Of a stretch of 64,000 bases of DNA, positions 55,777 through 64,000 are shown one piece after another. Origin of the DNA: Octopus vulgaris (Eukaryota); NCBI GenBank assembly GCA_951406725.2, contig OX597821.1, forward strand, positions 70,184,001 to 70,248,000, given 5' to 3'. The notes under the pieces are model-generated. The model saw nothing but the letters and a program-made list of their open reading frames with translations, was not told the DNA's origin and did not search any database. The translations under genes and the position numbers were made by a program. Every line of letters starts with the position of its first letter. Within the stretch, counting starts at the first letter, position 1.

Positions 55777-55973
55777 GTATGTATGTGTGTAAATATGTAC
55801 GAACACATACAGCATGCGTACAACTGGGTGGGTGTGTCTGTGTGAGTGTGTGAACATGCGTGTGAGCGTGCGTTGTGTGTGTGTGTGTGTGTGTGTGTAA
55901 ATATGTAAACAGGAGGAAAATATAGATTGACTAAGAAAACGGAAGACCTGATAGGAGGAGAGGAGAAAGGGAG

Positions 55974-56016
<43 letters not shown>

Positions 56017-56276
56017 AGTGGGATGTAGAGAGAGGGACAATGATGAGATTGATACTAGTAATGGTTCGGTTGAAGGCAACTTAAGCGATGACTAAAAAGG
56101 AGAGAGAGTTTATTATTAAAATGCCTTGGAGGCATTTCACAAATGAGAATGAGAATTAAAATACAGTTTTAAGAAACCAACAGAAAGACCGATAACAGCA
56201 GGGCAACAGCAACAACAGCAACAATTACTACTACTACTACTACTACTACTACTGCAACTACTACTACTGTTACTGT

Positions 56277-56329
<53 letters not shown>

Positions 56330-57279
56330 GCCGCAAAGAAAGCCACCCGTGACACCAGCAAGCTTATTAAAAAGATCTATTTACAATATGCGCAAATGAA
56401 ATGTCTTTCCGTTGCTTATTAATCTATAAACAAACGGATTAACTGGACATGGGTTCGTTCCTAGGACCAACGTTTATAGCATTCTATCTGTCCACAAACA
56501 TAAACACATGATATACATCAGATACGTAGATGCTACCCGAGTGGATACGCTTAAGTAAGTCGGGAGTCGAAAGGAATACTTGGAAAACCACTCAGGACTA
56601 AAATTTAACAACCAGATTTGGTTTTTCGATCTACAGCTAAGGATCGAAAGAAAGAGACACGGTACGTAAGTAGAGACCGAAATATCCAACAAATGCATAG
56701 ACTTACTCAGAGATATTCAGTGTCCACACAACTATAAAATGTCAGGTGTAAAATCACGCCCAAGAAGAGCATTTATATTCTCATTCAGTGGAGCAGTGGC
56801 TCCAAACCGGAGTCCATATGATCTCTGCGGCGTCCAGATAATATTTCGTGGGGTCCGCGCAAACAAAATTGTAAATTGGGTGTCCAATTGACATAGTCCA
56901 ATTTACATAGTAACAGTGTGTAAAACACCCAGCATCAACGAGAAAGGCTCGCATTGAAGTAATACTAAAGCAGTATCTTTTCTTTTTTAATAAATATATC
57001 TTTGTATATGTATGAATCATTTTATTATTAAGCATTCATATTCTATAGAATTTTGTTAAAAGTTAATGTGCAATAAATTGCTTATGCCTCTACAGACACA
57101 AAATATTTTAATAATTTCTTAATAATATTTAGTTATGAAAATCCAACAGGATTTTTAAAATGTTAAATGGTTATGGAGGGGGGGGGCAACCGGAGTAAAA
57201 TATTAATGAAAGGGGTCTATGGTTTAAAGATAGTGAGAAAGAAATACGTAGAATAAAATGTTACCAACAGATATTCTAA

Positions 57280-57800
57280 TATCAACTGATATTCTAATAG
57301 ACTTGTGGAACAACCTCTACGAGAAGGATACAAACACTTTACAATATCACAAATGTATATCAGAGAATACACCCAACAGAAATACTCAAACCACTCATAA
57401 AATCTGCCACGAGAAATGAAAGCACAAAGCTATCAAACTGATGAGCATTTTATTAAAACCCTCATAAAACGGGTCTCAAATTGCATCATAGTTGACCCTA
57501 AACTTTAATTATAATCTTTAAAAACAGCAGTAATACACCAGAAACATGTAAGGCCAAGGAGAAAAAGTGGATGCCCAAGGGAATCAGTCTGACATTAAAA
57601 CTGAGTTTTAAACTATCGGAGACCAGTTGTTACATTGGACAGACTAGTACAACACTATCACATAGGCTCACTATGTACATACAACATGAAGTTATTGCAG
57701 AATATTACTCCACGCGCAACAAAATGAAATTAGGAAAATATTAGAGGAGAATAATTACAAGCTTTATAAAACTTCACAAAAAAATACACGACTATCTGTG
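57280..57800 (+). mobile_element. Decayed PLE GIY-YIG region
   Basis: From 57631: YIGQTSTTLSHRLTMYIQH. Boundaries are approximate. Confidence 0.6.
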
Positions 57801-57899
57801 GAAATTATAGTCTCATATCACAATACAATACCAAACTAAAATGCAAGCACGCACGTAGAACTTGTGGCCAGTGAGATGAGAGGAGTAAATAAACACTCT

Positions 57900-58125
57900 T
57901 CCTGGCGGCGACCTGGCAGAAACGTTAACACGCCGGGCGAAATGCTTAGCGATATTTCGTCCATCTTTAAGTTCTGAGTTCAAATTCCGCTGAGGTCGAC
58001 TTTGCCTTTCATTCTTTCGAAAGCGGCGAACTGGCAGAAACGTTAGCATGCCGGGCGAAATGCTTAGCGGTATTTCGTCTGCCGCTACGTTCTGAGTTCA
58101 AATTCCGCCGAGGTCGACTTTGCCA
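57900..58125 (+). mobile_element. Two tandem Octopus-type SINE heads
   Basis: ggcggcgacctggcagaaacgtta...gaggtcgactttgcc twice. Confidence 0.85.
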
Positions 58126-58538
58126 CACACGCGCAATCACATACACAAACACACACACACACACACATTAAAAGTGTGATTTTCACTCACATAAATCTTA
58201 ATTGCGTTAACGTAAAGATAGAAAATATGACAGGAGGGAGAGGAAGAGAGAGAGAAAGAATGAAGGAAAGAAAGATAAAAAAGAAAGAAAGAAAGATAGA
58301 AAGGAATGGTGAAAGAAAGAAAGTGAGAAAAGGATTAATAGAGAGAGAGAGAGAGGTAGTGCAGCTAAGGTAGAGTCAGACGAAGGCAGAGCTACGGAGG
58401 AAATAAGAATACGATTACGGTTTATTTGGCAAAAACAGTGAAACGCAATAGTGTGGGTGTGAATATTTATATGCATGTATATATGAGTATGTATTTACAT
58501 GAATATATATGCTCATATCTATATCATTATGTATATAC

Positions 58539-58598
<60 letters not shown>

Positions 58599-58750
58599 TT
58601 GTATACATCATACCCAGTCATATGTATACCTGTTTTTATATTTTTATGCTATGTATGGGTGCGTGTGTGTGTGAGTGTGAATATTTACATACATTTTTAT
58701 ATGCATATATATTCATATAAATATATATGCACATATCTATATCATTAAGT

Positions 58751-58781
<31 letters not shown>

Positions 58782-58980
58782 CATCATACCCAGTCACATG
58801 TATATGTTTATATATTTTTATGCTATCTATGTGTGGGTGCGTGCGTGTGTGTGTACCTGTAATCAGCCTTCCTCTCCGCTCGAACGCGTGGTCGACGTGC
58901 TGTATTCATGTGTGTGGGTATACACGTATCGAACATGCGTGTTTGCTTGCCTGTGTGCGCATGTAGTTAGATAGATAGAT

Positions 58981-59849
58981 ATGTTTCTTTATTAGCCACA
59001 CAAGGCTACACACAGATTACGAAGTAGAGCTTTTCTTTTTGGGGGAGAGAAAAAAATATAAGGGTGGGATAGGTTTTTGATCAAAAGGGATCATAAAAGG
59101 GAAAGAGGAAAGAAGAAAAAAAAAGGGAAAGAAAAAAAAACGATCAATAGGGATCGTGTATGAGTGTCATGATGTAAGGTGTAAAGGGGGAAGCAGATAA
59201 GGTTTATCCGTGGGAAGTAAAGCCTACGGAAAAGACCACGGTAACCTCGGTCAATATTGTTACATGTTACCACTTTTGTTTGCAAGTAGGTAACCCTGTT
59301 TCAAATTTCCAGGTTCATAGGATTATGCTCAAGGTGGCTTCGTCATTGATATGTACCATCCTTGCTACATTCACCCATCTTTTTTTAAAACATTCGCTAG
59401 ACAAAACTTGCCTCTCTACTCTCACTTTCCTTTTCAAGTGATACTTGAAGAAGTTGATGAGAGATTGACCAGAGAGGAAAGTGTTTGTCTCCAATCCTTT
59501 CAGACGCGTCCACCAGATACATTCTTTCGCCATAGCCACAAGGATGATGAAAATAGCTCTTCCTTCCCGTTTGAAGGAAGGAGGCGTGACAATATTGACG
59601 ATAGACTCGGCTGATAAACCGACTCGTCCCACACGTGACAGCAGTTGTTCGACATAAGCCTACAGGTCGGAAATTGTTGGACACTGCACGAGTGCGTGCA
59701 GAACGATTTCGTCGCTCTGATCGCATCTCGGGCAGGTCGGCCCCGTGTTTCTCGAGCCGTGTCTGTAGAGCTTATTCCGAATGCGTAGCGCTTCTCGGTA
59801 GCACTGCCAGGCCAGGGATCTATGGAAGTTGTCCAGGGGCCCTGGCCCG
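58981..59849 (-). mobile_element. 5'-truncated Tx1/L1-like LINE in (GATA)n
   Basis: zf-RVT-like CPRCDQSDEIVLHALVQCP, AKECIWWTR, 3' UTR with AATAAA; GATA repeats on both sides. Confidence 0.88.
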
Positions 59850-59865
59850 AGATAGATAGACAGGC

Positions 59866-59995
<130 letters not shown>

Positions 59996-61143
59996 TAAAG
60001 AGAGAGAGAAAAGCAGACAAAGAGATATAAACAGAGCGAAACAGAGAGATTGGAAACAAAAAACTTTTTTTTTATGTGTCAGAATGTGAATTTCGCTGTA
60101 TCTAAGTGGTATGGCCATGTGTATGGATGTGTGTGTGGAGGTGTGCGTGGAGGTGGATATAATTTCAAAAAAGAATATTTAATGGAAAATGGAGAGAAAA
60201 TGGAAAAGGAATGTTATTGAAATGGAAACTGTATACATCCCTATACATACATACATACATACATACATACATACATACCTACATACATACATACATACAT
60301 ACATACATACATACCTACATACATACATGCATACATACATGCATACATACATACATACGTACATGCATACATACATACATACGTACGTACGTACATGCAT
60401 ACATACACTCACGCACATATATATATACATACAGACACACATACACACACATATATATATAAATATATATGTATATATGTATGTATATATGCACACAGGT
60501 ACATTTATGTATTTATATGTATATATCTGTGTCCGTGTGTATGTAAATATATATGCATACATATATGAGTGTGCATGTTTGTATATGTATGTGTGTGTGT
60601 TTGTGTTTATTTGTGTGTGTGCGTGTGTGTGTAGAGTTTTTATTTTAATAACATTCCTGTTTTCAATTTTAGTCCCCACCCCCACCCCTGTCCTTCTATT
60701 ATCACCACGCACGCGCGCATCCGTGTTCGTTCCTGTAATTGTGTGGAGTGGAAGAAGAAGGAATATAAACAAAACGAGGGAAAAGAAAAGGATAATCCGC
60801 GAATGAGAGGTAAAAACAGGAAGAACGAGTGATGTAGTAGTGTGGATATGTGTGTATATATCAGCATGCTACCTTGTCTGTGTAGGTGTATGCTTATATG
60901 CGTGTGTGTGTGTGTGTAATTACTGTGTGTTTGAATACGGAACAGAAAACAAAGAAAAAGAAAGAAAAAGAAAGAAAAAGAAAGAAAAAGAAACGCCTCT
61001 ACTTTGCAAAACGATACAATCCACCAAACTACCATTTGAACGGACAACGGGGTTGATGGTCGTATATGGACGGCGGCCTAACAGCGTGATGGGACAAACA
61101 GAGAGACAAACAGTTTGGGACAGGAATGGTGCTGTTGGGGAGA

Positions 61144-61206
<63 letters not shown>

Positions 61207-62051
61207 GTGTGTAAATCTTAATGAAAACGTTGGTTCTAATGAGCAAACATCTCAAGAGAAACTAATTTCTTTCTTGATGAAATTTTAGATCGAATTTCCT
61301 CTTGGTAAACACCAATAAGAGGTCGGAAGGGTTTTTCTAATGAGATTTTGAAAAATGCGACTAGAAATGAATATAACACCACACCAAAGACTTGGTACCA
61401 GTTTCGTGCACGCGCTTCATTTCTTTAAAATCTTTTTTTTTTCTGTTTTTTTTTTAGTTTCCAGACTTCTTCCTTTTTTTTTTGTATCTTTATCGGCAAA
61501 GAAGGCTTCGAAATTTGTGTTCCAAACTCCTTATTTTCAAGTGGTTACTGGGCGGTAATATTTTCTTAGGACAGATATATAAAGCCTCGTGCTGAGAGTT
61601 GGATACGAACCTCTGATCGCTCAATAAACCGTTCGTCAGCTAGCTTCGTCTGCAAAACTAAGATGGGCAAATGAAATTTCACATAAGGTACGACACTGCT
61701 TTATGTGGGAAAATAATTATTTCAACTATAAAATTAGAAGGTTTTTTTTTCATGAGCCCCAGGACTCTGAAGGCCGGTAACCCGTTTCTATGGCGTATAA
61801 GTGGTCGAGATCACAACATTCTCCCTAAACGGGACGCTGGTCCTTAGCCGGGTCCAAGGGCAGCTTTTGAGGGGAGGATGGCAAGTTGAGTACATCGACT
61901 CCAGTTCATGAAAAGCTAATTGACCTCAGCCTGATTTGAGCTCAGAGCGCAAGAGCTGAAAGCAACGCCGCCCAGCATTCTGTCCGACTTGATAAGGATT
62001 CTGGCAGATCGCCACCTTGATGTAGAATACTTAGCTGGAATGAATTCGGGA

Positions 62052-62321
62052 CTTGTGGCCCCTTAGCTTGTGGTGCTTGTGGCCCTTTAGCTTGCAGTGC
62101 TTGTGGCTCCTTAGCTTGTAGTGCTTGTAGCCCCTTAGCTTGTGGTGCTTGTAGCCACTGAGTTTGTGGTGCTTGTGGCCCCTTAGTTAATGGTGCTTGT
62201 GGCCCCTTAGCTTGTAGAGCTTGTAGCCCCTTAGTTTGTGGTGCTTGTGACCCCTTAGGTTGCAGTACTTGTAGCCCCTTAGTTTGTGGTGCTTGTGACC
62301 CCTTAGCTTGTAGTGCTTGTG
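62052..62321. repeat. 24-bp minisatellite, about 11 copies
   Basis: Unit cttgtggccccttagcttgtggtg. Confidence 0.92.
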
Positions 62322-63201
62322 TTGAGGCGTCTCTTGACAGAACAAATCATTTTAATCAATGACTTGTAAAATCATTTTTACTTTAAAATAAACCCGACAT
62401 TAATATTTATTGAACACTCAGGGCTTTGCTGTTTCGAGAATCGATCGAACAAGTAGCAATCAAATCGATGACATCGGCAACGCAAAGCATTTCTCCATAG
62501 CTTCTGTCATTCTACCGAAGTTAGTTATTATTTTAATAAAATTTCTTGTTTCTTCCTAATTATCGTTAATGATAATCTGGCTATTGTGGATGTTGGACTT
62601 CAGCCTAATGTTAGCCAATTCTAACTGAATACGATCAAAAGCTCAAAATTCCTTCCTTTTCCAAGATCGCTGCGTCTTAATCTTCTGACGATAAAAACAA
62701 TGGTATTGCAAATTCCCCACGGAAAAGTGAAATGCAAGCAATTTTAAAGTTTAATATTTCTAACAAATATAGAAAGCCATTGCTTGTTTTATTCCTCATA
62801 ATTCAGTCTAACAAAATTATGAATAACTCATTTGCTAGACATTTAGTCATTAGTGTAGATTTTCTAAAGACAAAGTTTATTTTTGGAAATCTGCCTCGCG
62901 TCTTTTGAGAGTCTCTGTTCTAGACACAATTCATCCTGTTAGAATTGTATTATCTGATATATCCCGCCTTTTAGTAATATGGCAGTGTCTAATTTAATGG
63001 TGATTTGACTACTAATTGAAACAGGTCGAGCGACTGCGTGACATCCTTGGTGATGCGTACAAATGGCACGCACATAACGAGTCTGGTTAAATCGACAAAT
63101 CTCAGTCTTACTAAAATGTAAATATAAAATCCAAATTCTGACATGGCACGAATGGGAGAGAATTTTATTATTATTGTTATTATAATTATTATTATTATTA
63201 C

Positions 63202-63312
<111 letters not shown>

Positions 63313-63316
63313 CGCT

Positions 63317-63476
63317 GAGGCGGTGAGCTGGCAGAAACGTTAGCACGCCAGGCGAAATGCTTTGCTGTATTTCGTCTGCCGTTACGTTCTAAGTTCAAAT
63401 TCCGCCGAGGTCGACTTTGCAATTCATCATTTCGGGGTCGATTAAATAAGTACCAGTTACGCACTGGCGTCGATAT
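63317..63476 (+). mobile_element. Octopus-type SINE after (ATT)n
   Basis: ggcggtgagctggcagaaacgttagcacg...gagg...taagtaccagttacgcactgg. Confidence 0.88.
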
Positions 63477-63486
63477 TATTATTATT

Positions 63487-63521
<35 letters not shown>

Positions 63522-63729
63522 CGTTCAGGCGGCCAACTGGCAAAATCGTTAGCGATATTTCATCCTTTCGGAGCAACACAAAATATAAGTTAATCACTGG
63601 AATTGATGTAATCGACTTACCCCGCCCCTGAAATTGCTGGCCTTGAGCTAAAATTTGAAAGCATTATTATCGTTAAGGAGGACAGCTGGCAGAATTGTTA
63701 GGATCTTTGCATTTCTATATTCGACGATG

Positions 63730-64000
63730 CCTTCAGGTTTATGGTCGTACTAATCTTTTGGTGTCAAGTCCATACCTGTTGCAAAATGTCCAAAATGTTC
63801 GTACATTGACTCTGCAAGTATTCCAACCAATAACTTCCAACAAAAGTGGCAAACAGGATATCGGCCTTTTTCGATGTTTTTCAGGCACAGCACTGTCAAC
63901 CACTCTGGTGTTACTTGGTTTTTATGTTCTAAGTTCAACCAAGAAGCTCAACCTGGTAGGTGTTACTCCAGCAAGGCCGCAGTTCTAAAACTTTGAGAAA
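63730..64000 (-). mobile_element. R4/Dong RT N-terminal fragment
   Basis: TPEWLT...EKG...WKLLVGILAESMYEH. Confidence 0.65.

Noticed and set aside
56795-57240. hAT-like MITE
   Set aside because: The left end is suggestive (cagtggctccaaac), but I could not identify a right TIR or a TSD.
62052-62321. CRISPR array
   Set aside because: Contiguous repeats without unique spacers, no cas genes, eukaryotic context.

Overview
AT-rich, microsatellite-saturated eukaryotic DNA with no intact host gene that I can support. The SINE families resemble those I know from Octopus genomes, so a cephalopod origin is an inference. Almost all ORF-track entries are simple-repeat artefacts. The real coding remnants are decayed transposons: Penelope-like elements (PLE; RT plus GIY-YIG), RTE, CR1-like, R4/Dong, Tx1/L1, Tc1/mariner and Helitron, plus MITEs. 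The main result is 15-17 minimal type-I hammerhead ribozyme (HHR) motifs from about 10 unrelated short non-coding element families, most of them next to (TA)n tracts. Each motif reads stem I - CUGANGA-like core - stem II - GAAA - palindromic mini stem III - UH - stem I'. Three unrelated families have unit lengths of 353, 354 and 362 nt with one HHR per unit (a 2.8-mer tandem, a 1.4-mer, and a monomer with terminal redundancy). Many copies carry inverted segments that form long hairpins. This is the expected footprint of retrozyme-like or PLE pseudo-LTR-derived self-cleaving RNAs, possibly circular, copied in trans by PLE reverse transcriptase. All motifs were folded by eye and activity is untested.
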